Under the pieces are notes generated by a model that made no database searches, was not told the origin of the DNA, and saw only the letters and a list, made by a program, of their open reading frames with translations. A stretch of DNA of 64,000 bases from Candidatus Sericytochromatia bacterium (GTDB taxonomy: Bacteria; Cyanobacteriota; Sericytochromatia; S15B-MN24; JAQBPE01): the NCBI GenBank assembly GCA_040400605.1, contig JBBAPZ010000005.1:82970-146969 (forward strand), read 5' to 3'. Both the position numbers and the translations under genes were made by a program. This document shows positions 40,697 through 50,806 of this stretch, one piece after another; the stretch's first letter is position 1, and each line of letters starts with the position of its first letter.

Positions 40697-40924
40697 TTAA
40701 CCGTGAATGGCTGCAGCGATGATGGTGGCGATCCCATAGGCGATCGCCCCCAGGAAGATGGCAACCGCCACATTCTGCTTCTCAACCAGTTCTTCCCAGA
40801 CGGCGAACCGTGGCTTCAGCCAATCCAGCAGCAGAAAGTAGACCGTGTACGTCAGCACCCCGAGTGCCGAATAGACAATCGCCGCAACCAGGTTCTTGAT
40901 TGGGATGATGTCGTGCAATTCCAT
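40697..40924 (-). CDS. DUF350 family small membrane protein
   Basis: Two TM helices, WEELVEKQNVAVAI...IIAAAIHG; SD AAGGAG. Confidence 0.85.
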   Translation of the reverse strand: MELHDIIPIKNLVAAIVYSALGVLTYTVYFLLLDWLKPRFAVWEELVEKQNVAVAIFLGAIAYGIATIIAAAIHG

Positions 40925-40934
40925 CCTGAACTCC

Positions 40935-41078
40935 TTACTTGTGCCAGTGAGCCGTGCGCATGTCAACCTTGCTGTATCCACTACTCAGCCCGGTATAGAC
41001 ACGCCCGCCATAATTGGATCCTGCCATCAAAAGGACCACGCTGATGCAGTAGACAATGAATATCTTGACACTGTTCAC
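40935..41078 (-). CDS. Small single-TM protein (47 aa, absent from ORF track)
   Basis: MNSVKIFIVYCISVVLLMAGSNYGGRVYTGLSSGYSKVDMRTAHWHK; its stop overlaps the SD of the DUF350 gene. Confidence 0.55.
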   Translation of the reverse strand: MNSVKIFIVYCISVVLLMAGSNYGGRVYTGLSSGYSKVDMRTAHWHK

Positions 41079-41254
41079 GGGCACCACGCTTCACCATGTG
41101 TATCGGCAGGGCAACGGCAACATCAACGACCTTGTTATTCAGTCCCGCCAGTGGCAACCCGACCATGGCAACGTCACCCACTCTCTGATGATAACAAAGT
41201 TAACCAACATGCACGAGTTTGGCGACGGCTTCTCCTGAGTCGCAGGGATGCGAT

Positions 41255-42553
41255 TCAGGAGAAGCCTTGGTGGCGGCGCGACTCGTGGTAAAAGTGCAGG
41301 ATGAGGCCGAAAATCGGTACGATGAGCAGGGCTAGGACGGTGAGACCCAGATTGCTCCCGTTGACGCCACCAGAAGTGAGCCTGAAGTCCCAGTTAACTG
41401 GTGCCTGGCGATCGAAGGTGCTCGAATCCGTGTCGATGAGGATTCTGTAGGTGCCCGGGGGCAGGGCTGAAATCCAGGTGTCCGCCTTGCGATCGCCTTC
41501 AGCCCAAAATTCGCCATCTTCTGTACCGCTATAATATTCCAGTGTTTGCACCACCCGGTACTCGCGTTGATCCCGTTCATTGCGCAGGGAGATGCCCAGT
41601 TCAGCCCAGTCGTTGCTGAGATCAGCGGTCGTGATCAGGTGAACCGGGGTCGTGCCACGCACCTCAAAGGGCTGTGATATGTAAGTGCGTTCCTTATCCG
41701 CCACGTTCACCGTCACGGGCAGATGGCAAAGCTGGCGTACGGGAGAAGCGAGGGCGCAAAGGGCGTGAATCATCATCGCGACTGTGACCGCGACCACCGC
41801 GATGCCCGTCAGCTTGAACACCGAGGGCACGGGCGATGGCTGATGCGGCGCCACCCCACTGCGATACGGCATCTCCCTGTTAGACAGACCGAACGCCTTT
41901 GCCACGTCGCCGGCTGGCAGGTATTCGCCTCTGGTGACGACACCTGAGGCTTCGTCCTCGTCATCGACACTCAAGAAATAGGGGGGATGTGCGAAATCAC
42001 TGGTTGATTGTGGTTTGCCAATCGGTACACGCCAGTTGAATTCCCCTCTCACGTCGGTGATCTCATAGTCGGTGGTTGCAACGCGCGTAAATTTGGTTTT
42101 ATCCACCGTTACGGTCGACTCATGGCGCACGGCAAAAAGATCGAGCGCCACTTCTTCTACGAGACTCCAGTGCCCGGCCACCTCGATCAGAAAACGGAAG
42201 CCTTCCTGTTCGTTGTAAAGCAGGTACTCATTCCAGCCCGCATCATGGTCACTGTTTTCACGACAACGGAGATAACCAACCACCAGCCACGCCACGCCCT
42301 TCAAGATGCCCGATGCACCAAGACGGGGGCGAGGGACGAACGCCGAGTGGGTGGCAATTTTGCTCACAACCCGTAACGGGTTCTCTGTCACGTCGATAAT
42401 GGCGCGGCAACGGTCACAGCATACGTAAACCGATTCAGGTGGAACCCGCAGTTTGATTGCGCCTGTGCATTCGGGACATTGATGCCTTCGCAGGCGCCGC
42501 TTTGCCGTGCGGTTTTTTTCTTCAACGGGGTTCTGTGTAGTGTCGTCATTCAT
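41255..42553 (-). CDS. DUF4178 domain protein with N-terminal Zn ribbon
   Basis: CPEC..CDRC, W.EYLLYN...GFRFL.E..GHW, GEFNWRV, YYSG.EDGE.W.EG, C-terminal TM. Confidence 0.85.
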   Translation of the reverse strand: MNDDTTQNPVEEKNRTAKRRLRRHQCPECTGAIKLRVPPESVYVCCDRCRAIIDVTENPLRVVSKIATHSAFVPRPRLGASGILKGVAWLVVGYLRCRENSDHDAGWNEYLLYNEQEGFRFLIEVAGHWSLVEEVALDLFAVRHESTVTVDKTKFTRVATTDYEITDVRGEFNWRVPIGKPQSTSDFAHPPYFLSVDDEDEASGVVTRGEYLPAGDVAKAFGLSNREMPYRSGVAPHQPSPVPSVFKLTGIAVVAVTVAMMIHALCALASPVRQLCHLPVTVNVADKERTYISQPFEVRGTTPVHLITTADLSNDWAELGISLRNERDQREYRVVQTLEYYSGTEDGEFWAEGDRKADTWISALPPGTYRILIDTDSSTFDRQAPVNWDFRLTSGGVNGSNLGLTVLALLIVPIFGLILHFYHESRRHQGFS

Positions 42554-43434
42554 GCTCGTTCACCTGATCGCGAACCCTGGTCATCACCGCTGTTATGATA
42601 CACCGAACCACGCGATGTTTGGCTCACGGCACCAGCCCGTGCACCAGTGTCCGACATGCTGCAGGGTTCTCCATGTCGCCACGATTGCCGGACGGTGTGG
42701 CGTGCGATGCGTCCCATACCACGGCCGTGCGGCTACACCACCAGGTCAGACTCGACTTCGTGTGCACGACGACACACGGCCATCGCGGTGACGCGATACA
42801 GACGTCACCGAGTGAGACGCCGAGCAGGGCGTTACCGATTTTTTAAGGGTGCCGCCATTGAATACCATCAATTATCACAAGGTGTAAGTGGATGCCGCAG
42901 CAACGAAAACCACTCGAAACGCCTCGCCGCATTATCTGGAGAATAAGGCTGGCTTTTGCGTACTCCTTTCGCTTTATCTGGAAAGCAGTGCAAACACCCC
43001 ACGCAGTGACGCCCTTTGCGCCACATCAATAGATAATACTGATTATCTTGAATTCCGGTCGCGCCGGATTGACTGCCAAGTACTGGCTGGATTGGTGCCA
43101 AGGCCGGGGTCTTGAAAGTGACGCTGCTTCAACGAATCGGCGCGAACCGTTCGCGGGTGTTTTGTTTGCTCCCATTCAGTTATCCACGGTTTGAGTGCCA
43201 GTGTGGTTTCTTGACTTTGGGGCACCCTGCCTCTGATTGTCCATTTATCAAATCGAATGATTGTTCGTCATTCGTCGTTGTATCCGGAATCAGTTTTGTT
43301 ACCCTTGTGTCTTGGTTTTGCGGTTGTTTGACAGGTGAAATGGGTGGTTCCTTGGACTGATGCAATAGGTGACACGTGCGCGGACTCGGGGTACAAGTGC
43401 AAAGCGATCACGACCATTTTTTGTGAGGTCAGGC

Positions 43435-44664
43435 GTGAAGGTATTGCATACATCGGATTGGCATCTGGGCCGTCAATTGAATGGCCGCACGCGCTACGCC
43501 GAGTTTGAGGCTTTTTTGAACTGGCTGGGTGAGACCATTCAAACCAACCAGGTGGAGATGCTGCTGGTGGCCGGTGACATCTTTGATACCGGTACCCCGA
43601 GCAACCGCGCGCAGGAGTTGTATTACCGCTTCTTGGACTCCTTGGGTGCAGCGGATTGTCGTCACGTCGTCATCGTGGCAGGCAATCATGACTCCCCCAG
43701 TTTTCTTGACGCACCCAAAACCCTGTTGCGCTCCCGTGACGTGCACGTGATTGGCCAAGCATCCCAAAACCCCTGCGATGATGTTCTGGTTCTAAAAAAT
43801 GCAGCCGGTGAACCAGAACTGATCGTCTGCGCGGTGCCCTACCTGCGCGATCGCGACCTTCGCCACGTCGAGGCAGGCGAAAGTGTCGACGACAAAGAAC
43901 GCAAACTGCTCACAGGCATCCGCCAACACTACACAAGCATCGCCGACTTCGCCGAACAAACGCGGCAAAACCTCAACCCCAACATCCCCATCATCGCAAC
44001 GGGACACCTCTTTACCAGCGGTGGACAAACCATCGAGGGTGATGGCGTCCGGGACCTCTACGTGGGCACCGCCGCGCACATCAACGCCAGTATCTTTGCG
44101 CCTTGCGTCGATTATGTCGCTCTCGGCCACCTTCACGTGCCACAATGCGTCAACGGTCTCGACACCGTCCGTTACAGCGGTTCACCCCTGCCGATGGGCT
44201 TTGGGGAGGCCAAACAGCAAAAAAGCGTGTGTCTGGTGCAATTTGCGCATCGCACGGCAACGGTGCAAACGGTACCGGTGCCGGCCTTTCAACACCTGGG
44301 ACGCATCAAGGGCAACCTTGACACCATTTTTGAAGCAATCGACAGGCTCGTGGCCGCTGATGCGAATGTGTGGCTTGAGGTTGTCTATGACGGTGCGGAG
44401 TTGGTTGGCGATCTCCGCGAACAGCTTCAATCCCGCACCGAAAACACACCCCTCGAGATTCTCCAAATCAAATACCCGCGCCAAGTCAACGCGGGACTCA
44501 CAGCTGATGATGGCCTCGATGATCTCAAACAACTGGACGTCACAGAAGTATTTGAGCGCTGCATGCAGACACGTGGGGTTGAGGCTGCACAGCAACCCGT
44601 CTTGCGATTTGCCTTTGAGGAAATTCTGCAATGTCTGCAGGATCGTGATCCCTTATCGTTGTGA
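43435..44664 (+). CDS. sbcD: Exonuclease SbcCD subunit D
   Basis: LHTSDWHLG, AGDIFD, AGNHDS, YVALGHLH, RYSGSP..MGFGE. Confidence 0.95.
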   Translation: MKVLHTSDWHLGRQLNGRTRYAEFEAFLNWLGETIQTNQVEMLLVAGDIFDTGTPSNRAQELYYRFLDSLGAADCRHVVIVAGNHDSPSFLDAPKTLLRSRDVHVIGQASQNPCDDVLVLKNAAGEPELIVCAVPYLRDRDLRHVEAGESVDDKERKLLTGIRQHYTSIADFAEQTRQNLNPNIPIIATGHLFTSGGQTIEGDGVRDLYVGTAAHINASIFAPCVDYVALGHLHVPQCVNGLDTVRYSGSPLPMGFGEAKQQKSVCLVQFAHRTATVQTVPVPAFQHLGRIKGNLDTIFEAIDRLVAADANVWLEVVYDGAELVGDLREQLQSRTENTPLEILQIKYPRQVNAGLTADDGLDDLKQLDVTEVFERCMQTRGVEAAQQPVLRFAFEEILQCLQDRDPLSL

Positions 44665-45052
44665 GGGAAAGGCTCCGTCACCACACGGCCTGCCGCGCGG
44701 TATGTAATCCACCCCGCAGACCGTCGATTCCACACATCACAAGGGTGATGGTGATTGGTCACCAGCACTGTCTTGTCTGAACAACACGATGCACACCGAC
44801 CTGCGGGTGTATGGGTGCGTTTTTTGTGTGACTGATTATCACCAAGCGCCACGGACCATGTTTCAAGCACCAAATTGCACAGAGACAAGGAGATATCGCC
44901 GCTTGCAACCCGCAGTTTGCGCTTGCTGCTCCATGCTTACTTTTTTAATGTAGTCGGCCGTTAATAAGTATTTAGTTTAATGATAAGAAACTTTCTCATC
45001 ACATGTGTCGATATCCTCAGTGCGTATGCATTGGGTGAAGAGGAGATGACAG

Positions 45053-45601
45053 ATGGGTGGCGTGACGACTACGACTATTATGCAGAAACAATTGGATGTT
45101 GATCATGTTCTTAAAACGAATAAGCATGCCGGTGTATATCGGGTTTCGACAAACCCTGCCGAAAAGGCGCAACAGTTGAAAGCGGCGAAAGCCAGCGGCC
45201 TGGATGTTGTTCCGTTCCAACAAAATGGCGACTCGTACATCTTGGCTGGCCGCGGGCTCCCTTCCGGTGGTTTGACTCATCCAGGGACAAACGTGTCCGT
45301 GACCTATAATGGAAAGCGGGGAGACGTTAATGGTGAAGTTATCAGTAAACCCAACAGTTTTTGGGAGATAACCGGGAAAAACATGAAGCCAGCGGGCGTT
45401 TCTTTGACAGGGTTTTGGGCTGTGCTTTTTGCAGGAGTAATCGAAGGCGGGAACAGTTCATTGATAGGCAAGCTAATCATCGGCAGTGGTCTGGCAACCG
45501 TTTTAGCGTTCGGCTATGGTGTCGTACGTGCGATACAAGAAGGTTCAAAGGTAAAAGAGTTTTCGCTGGATAAGGACCTTTTCAAGCGTCTTCCCAATTG
45601 A
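45053..45601 (+). CDS. Hypothetical protein with two C-terminal hydrophobic helices, lying between sbcD and sbcC
   Basis: SD AAGGAG; more AT-rich than flanks; own AT-rich upstream region. Confidence 0.7.
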   Translation: MGGVTTTTIMQKQLDVDHVLKTNKHAGVYRVSTNPAEKAQQLKAAKASGLDVVPFQQNGDSYILAGRGLPSGGLTHPGTNVSVTYNGKRGDVNGEVISKPNSFWEITGKNMKPAGVSLTGFWAVLFAGVIEGGNSSLIGKLIIGSGLATVLAFGYGVVRAIQEGSKVKEFSLDKDLFKRLPN

Positions 45602-45673
45602 GGGGTGCGTCAGAACGCCTATGTGTGATTCAGCTTTTGATACATCCGAGTCAAGTTTAAGAGGCACGCGTCC

Positions 45674-48600
45674 GTGCGCATCACCCAGGTACGTTTTAAA
45701 AACCTGAATTCGTTGGCCGGAGACTGGACCATCGATTTTACCCACCCTGCCTATGTGGGGGATGGCTTGTTTGCAATCACCGGCCCGACCGGCGCTGGCA
45801 AAACCACGATCCTTGATGCCATCTGCCTGGCCCTATACGGCCGCACGCCCCGCTTGGACCGGGTGAACAAAACTGCAAACGACATCATGTCCCGTCACTG
45901 TCACACATGTTTTGCAGAGGTCACCTTTGAATCCGAGGCAGGACGCTTTATCTGTCATTGGAGCCAGCGCCGGGCGCGGCAACGCGCGGACGGGGAATTG
46001 CAGCAACCCAAGCACGAAATCAGCGATGCGACCACAGGCCAGCTTCTGGAGGGGCAAACCAGAAAAGTTGCCACCCGGATTGTTGACGCCACCGGAATGG
46101 ATTTTCATCAATTCACCCGTGCGGTCCTGTTGGCTCAAGGTGGTTTTGCCGCTTTCCTGAACGCCAGTGTGGATGAACGCTCCGCGTTGCTAGAACGCCT
46201 GACCGGTGAACACCTGTATTCCGAAATCTCAATGGCAGTTCACGAACGCCGTCGCATCGAGCGCCACACACTTGAGGCACTCACCGAAAAAATGGATAAC
46301 TTCGTTATCTTGACACCTGACGCGCTCGCAGTACTGGAAACACAACGCTCCCGTGATGAAGCAGCCTTAACCGATTGTAAGGAGGCCTTGGAAACCCTGC
46401 GCCAACACATCGCGGTGAAGAACAAGGTGTTGGGTTTGCAGGCGGAACTCACGGCCATCGCTGAGCAGTTGATCCAAGTGGATGCCGAGTATGTGGCATT
46501 CGAACCGGAACGGGTGCGGCTTGCGCGCGCAAATGCGGCTTTGGCGCTTGAGGGTACTTATGCTGGCCTGGATGCCACGCGGCAGGAACAATCGGTTGAC
46601 CAGGATGCTTATCAACGGTGGTGTAGCGAAGAACCCCAGCTTGCGCGTGAGGTGGATGAGGGGCGTGCGGAACTTTCACGTGCGATCGCCCACACGGTGG
46701 CTAAAAAAGACGCCTATGAGCGACTGAAACCCCAGTGGGTGCAAATGCGGGACGCTGATCAACAAATCGTGACGCACCGCGACGCCCTCGCCTCTTTGCA
46801 AGCCCGTTGCGAACAACTTCTAGCAGACGCCGAGAGCCGACAAGCGGCGTTGGCCAACGCGCAACAGGCCAAGGAGACTGAGCGGCAAGCGCTTGAATCG
46901 GTGCAAGCCTATCTGACCGAGCACGTGCGTGATCACTGGTTGCTTGAACATCTGACCGGGCTTGAGGCACTCGCAAGCGAATGGACACGCGCGCGCGATG
47001 CGCGCGAAAACCAGCGCTTGCTGTTGGAAGAGGCAGAGGCCTTGTTGGCCCAGAAAAGTCAAAGCCGTGCGCAGGCCCAGGCCAAGCGTGAGCAAGGTTG
47101 TTTAGACCTGGTTGAGGCGGATCACCAACTGGTGGCCAAACAAGGCGAGTTGGGTGGGGTGCTGGGCGATCGCCTGTTGCGCGAATACCACGCCCATAAG
47201 GATGCACTGATGCGCGAACGGATGTTGCTGCACCGCGTTCTTGAATTGGAGGAACAACGCCAAACCTTGCAGGATGGGCTTCCTTGTCCGCTGTGTGGCG
47301 CCACAGAGCACCCCTTTGCGTTGGGGCAGCTTCCGGTTCCGGATGCGCTTGATGCCGACATCGCCAAGGTTGACGCAACCATTCAGGCAGCACAAACCCT
47401 CACAGACGACTTGCACGCGCTGGAAACCCGTCAAACCGATCTGCGCCTGATTGTAGCCGGCTTGGAAAACCGTGAGGCCGTGATTGCTGCGGAGGAACAA
47501 AACACCCGGCAAGTCGTTGAGACGTTGCGTGAGGCGCTTGATAAAAACCAAGGCGATGCCGAGTCAAGACAGCAGGCTTTACTTGCGCAGCTTGCGAACG
47601 TGGGGGTAACGGAGGTGCCTGCGACGGCGATCGCATCACTTCTTGACCATTTACGGGAGCGTCGCGACGTGTGGCTGAAACGGCAAGACGAGCAGCAAGT
47701 GCTCTTGCTGCGAATTGGGCAGGTCGATGCGACCATTCAGCGTGAGTGTGCACTGCTGGAAGTTTGTGAACAGCAATTGGCGCAGCAGCGAGCAGACATC
47801 GCTAAAGCGCACGAACGACTTGCGGTGTCGGTGCAGGAGCGGGCACAGCAGTTTGGGGCGCGCGACCCGGTACACGAGGAGCAGGCCGCCAGTGCCGCCG
47901 TTGTGGTTGCAGAGGACGCTGAAAGGCAGTGCCGGGAGCAGCAGCAAGCGCGTGAGACTGGTTTGGTTGCCTTTCAGGTAAAATTGGCGGACTGTCAGGC
48001 GCGCATCGCGGCGCGAGCGGGGGTATTGCAGGCGGCGGAATCGGCATTTCAGACACAATTGTTGCAAATCGGGCTTGCTAATGAAGCCGCGTATCAAGCA
48101 GCGCGATTGACACCAGCGGTGCGGGCGGACTTGGGTGAACGTGCCAAGGCTTTGGATGATCTGCGTGCCGGGTTGATGCAACGCCAAGGCGATCGCCAGG
48201 CACAATTGCATGCGGCTGAACGTCAGCTACCGGCTGAGGTGACGCTCGAAGCGCTTGAAGCGGATAAAGTGGTGCAGGAAGAAACCCACGATGAGTTACA
48301 GCGTGCCTTGGCCGATGTTCGTCAGCGTTTGAATGCCCATGCGGCTGTGCAGTCGCAACGCCTCGCGCAGTTGGCGTTGATTGAGGCGCAACGGCAGACC
48401 TTTCAGCGGTGGCAAGCGTTGCATGATTTGATAGGCTCCGAAGATGGGAAGAAGTTTCGTAATTTTGCGCAGGGCTTGACCTTTGATGTCATGGTGCGGC
48501 ACGCGAATCGGCAATTGCGGCAGATGAGTGATCGCTACGTGCTGATTCGCGATATGGAACAGCCGCTCGAACTCAACGTTGTGGATACGTATCAAGCGGG

Positions 48601-48931
48601 TGAGATTCGCTCCACCAAAAATCTGTCAGGCGGCGAAAGTTTCCTTGTCAGCCTCGCTTTGGCGCTTGGCTTGTCGCAGATGGCCAGTCAAAAAGTGCGG
48701 GTTGAGTCCCTGTTCCTCGATGAAGGCTTCGGAACCCTCGACCCCGACGCCCTCGACACGGCTTTGGCGACGCTTGGCAGTTTACAGCAAAGCGGAAAAC
48801 TCATCGGCGTCATTTCGCACGTCACCAGCCTCAAGGAACGGATTACCACCCAGATCACTGTCATCCCCCAAACCGGTGGCCGCAGCAAACTGTCTGGTCC
48901 GGGGTGTTCGAACGTGTCGCACCGATCCTGA
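45674..48931 (+). CDS. sbcC: Exonuclease SbcCD subunit C
   Basis: GPTGAGKT Walker A, CPLCG zinc hook, LSGGE signature, LFLDEGFG, long coiled coil. Confidence 0.95.
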   Translation: MRITQVRFKNLNSLAGDWTIDFTHPAYVGDGLFAITGPTGAGKTTILDAICLALYGRTPRLDRVNKTANDIMSRHCHTCFAEVTFESEAGRFICHWSQRRARQRADGELQQPKHEISDATTGQLLEGQTRKVATRIVDATGMDFHQFTRAVLLAQGGFAAFLNASVDERSALLERLTGEHLYSEISMAVHERRRIERHTLEALTEKMDNFVILTPDALAVLETQRSRDEAALTDCKEALETLRQHIAVKNKVLGLQAELTAIAEQLIQVDAEYVAFEPERVRLARANAALALEGTYAGLDATRQEQSVDQDAYQRWCSEEPQLAREVDEGRAELSRAIAHTVAKKDAYERLKPQWVQMRDADQQIVTHRDALASLQARCEQLLADAESRQAALANAQQAKETERQALESVQAYLTEHVRDHWLLEHLTGLEALASEWTRARDARENQRLLLEEAEALLAQKSQSRAQAQAKREQGCLDLVEADHQLVAKQGELGGVLGDRLLREYHAHKDALMRERMLLHRVLELEEQRQTLQDGLPCPLCGATEHPFALGQLPVPDALDADIAKVDATIQAAQTLTDDLHALETRQTDLRLIVAGLENREAVIAAEEQNTRQVVETLREALDKNQGDAESRQQALLAQLANVGVTEVPATAIASLLDHLRERRDVWLKRQDEQQVLLLRIGQVDATIQRECALLEVCEQQLAQQRADIAKAHERLAVSVQERAQQFGARDPVHEEQAASAAVVVAEDAERQCREQQQARETGLVAFQVKLADCQARIAARAGVLQAAESAFQTQLLQIGLANEAAYQAARLTPAVRADLGERAKALDDLRAGLMQRQGDRQAQLHAAERQLPAEVTLEALEADKVVQEETHDELQRALADVRQRLNAHAAVQSQRLAQLALIEAQRQTFQRWQALHDLIGSEDGKKFRNFAQGLTFDVMVRHANRQLRQMSDRYVLIRDMEQPLELNVVDTYQAGEIRSTKNLSGGESFLVSLALALGLSQMASQKVRVESLFLDEGFGTLDPDALDTALATLGSLQQSGKLIGVISHVTSLKERITTQITVIPQTGGRSKLSGPGCSNVSHRS

Positions 48932-49119
48932 GATCCGGGGTGGTTTATGCGTATGGTCGTTCTGCGTTGGACGGATTTCAAGGATTGCTTTAACACCTTC
49001 GCAGCCTGGACTTCGTCGTTTGTCCTTATGGCGTATCACAAAGGAAAAACCCGCCGCCTGCGATCGCAATATGGAACACGTGTCCAAGCCTTCCGGTTTA
49101 TTGGGCACGGCGTCTGAAA

Positions 49120-50049
49120 CTAGAAGCCGAGAGCGCCTGATACAAAAGGTGCAGAACCCACCAGCAGCCGATCCGTACTCACGTTGCCACGCGTGTAGCG
49201 ATAGCCGGCATTGAGTGTCACGTTCTCGAACGGTGACCAGTCGACGTCGACACCCAATTGGGTGCCCAGGTTGACGTCGGTTTGTGTCAGGGTGGCGAGC
49301 GCGGACCAGATGGGATCGATGCCTGCGGTCCCGCGCAGCGTCAAGCCAGGCAAAACCTGCCACGCTGCGGTTCCACTGAGCGGCAGCAGAATCTGTGTCT
49401 CATTGAGCGTTTTACGTTTGGAATTCTCGCCAAAATTGCCGGGGCCTTCGTAAGCAAGGTTCGTAACACTGAAGTTGCGGTAGAAGACTTCCACCATGCC
49501 GCCGAGCGCAAGGTGTTCATTTTGCCAGAGGGGGACCGGGATGCCGATGTCGACAAAAAGGGGCTTATTCACTGTGTTTTGATTCATTTTGGTCCCGGCA
49601 TTCCAGTTTGGATAGTCTACGATGGCGCCTGCGCTTTCACCCCAGCCAATGGAAAGATAGCTTCGCAGACCGGGCGCGTATGTTCCGGCTTGATACGTGT
49701 ATTCGATTTTCTCACCGGGCTTCAGCAAGCGGCGCGAGGCTGCATTGATGGCGTCTTGTCGGGCGTTGTACATGTTTGCGGTGCCGAACAACATCGCGCC
49801 CAACAGGCCCGTATCGTCATGGAGGGTCACAACGTTCATGGGTGTTGTGAAACTGATCATGCCTTTTTCGGGGTTTCCGGCGAAGACCAGCTCATCGGTG
49901 GAACGCTTGTTGAACGAATTGCGGGGGTCCACCGCGAAGTCGGCACCGTAGAACTGCTGTCGGTATTGGATCTCCACTGCCTCACACACCTCGGGAGCGC
50001 CGATTGCGGCAAGAGCCGGCAAGAGGGTGAGCCATTTAGCGATTTTCAT
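49120..50049 (-). CDS. Secreted hypothetical protein, possible outer-membrane beta-barrel
   Basis: Signal peptide MKIAKWLTLLPALAA; alternating beta-strand patterns; C-terminal Phe (FVSGALGF). Confidence 0.6.
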   Translation of the reverse strand: MKIAKWLTLLPALAAIGAPEVCEAVEIQYRQQFYGADFAVDPRNSFNKRSTDELVFAGNPEKGMISFTTPMNVVTLHDDTGLLGAMLFGTANMYNARQDAINAASRRLLKPGEKIEYTYQAGTYAPGLRSYLSIGWGESAGAIVDYPNWNAGTKMNQNTVNKPLFVDIGIPVPLWQNEHLALGGMVEVFYRNFSVTNLAYEGPGNFGENSKRKTLNETQILLPLSGTAAWQVLPGLTLRGTAGIDPIWSALATLTQTDVNLGTQLGVDVDWSPFENVTLNAGYRYTRGNVSTDRLLVGSAPFVSGALGF

Positions 50050-50313
50050 TGGGGGAAGACCTCCCGGGCTTGGCGCGAGTTGGCTTTGAACGAAATGGCG
50101 AAATTCTAGCATACATCCATACAGGGGAATCGCCTATACGTGTACCGCACCCGGATTTTTTAGACAGGCAGCTGTTGCGATCGGCTACAGCGCATTGAAG
50201 CGATTGCCTGTTTATGGTTGGGTGTAAAATATCTGGTTTAATTAAAGCAGACAGGACATCCAGTCATCGCTCGATTGCCATGGTGCAAAACGTGATGAAC
50301 AACGGGGGGTATC

Positions 50314-50649
50314 GTGGTCATCTACAAGTTGTTGCCTCGCACGGAGTGGGAGTTGGCTTGCGCAGCCGGTGTGTTTTGTGGCTCAGCGGTTGATCATGCG
50401 GATGGTTTCATCCACTTTTCAACGGCGACCCAGGTTCAGGAGACGGCACGCCGACATTTTAGGGGCCAATCGGACTTGGTGGCATTGTTGGTTGATGATG
50501 GCGAACTTGGTGAGGCACTGGTTTATGAGCCGTCACGGGATGGGGCACTGTTTCCCCATTTGTATGCAACGCTTGATCCCAAACTTGTTCATCAGGTGGT
50601 TCCCCTGCAACTGGCCGATGATGGCGTTCCCCAACTCGATGGCGTGTAA
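50314..50649 (+). CDS. DUF952 family protein
   Basis: IYKL....W, D.ADGFIHFST..QV.ETA..HF, LFPHLY. Confidence 0.92.
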   Translation: MVIYKLLPRTEWELACAAGVFCGSAVDHADGFIHFSTATQVQETARRHFRGQSDLVALLVDDGELGEALVYEPSRDGALFPHLYATLDPKLVHQVVPLQLADDGVPQLDGV

Positions 50650-50806
50650 GCGGCGTGTGGCTCTGTGATTTTACGGATCGCCCAACCCCGCAGACGTGCG
50701 CCAAAGACTTGCGGGCTCAAACCGGTTATCATGGGCAGGAGACAGTTCGCGGCAAAGAACCCCGGGAACAGATTATCAGCTGGTCAATCATGGTGATTCA
50801 CGCGCA

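Noticed and set aside
42554..43434. Small ORFs or an RNA gene in the long gap between DUF4178 and sbcD
   Set aside because: No recognisable motif, SD-supported ORF, tRNA fold or repeat found by eye.
50161..50184. Possible sixth element core upstream of 49120-50049
   Set aside because: Only about 14/24 matches and no distal boxes.
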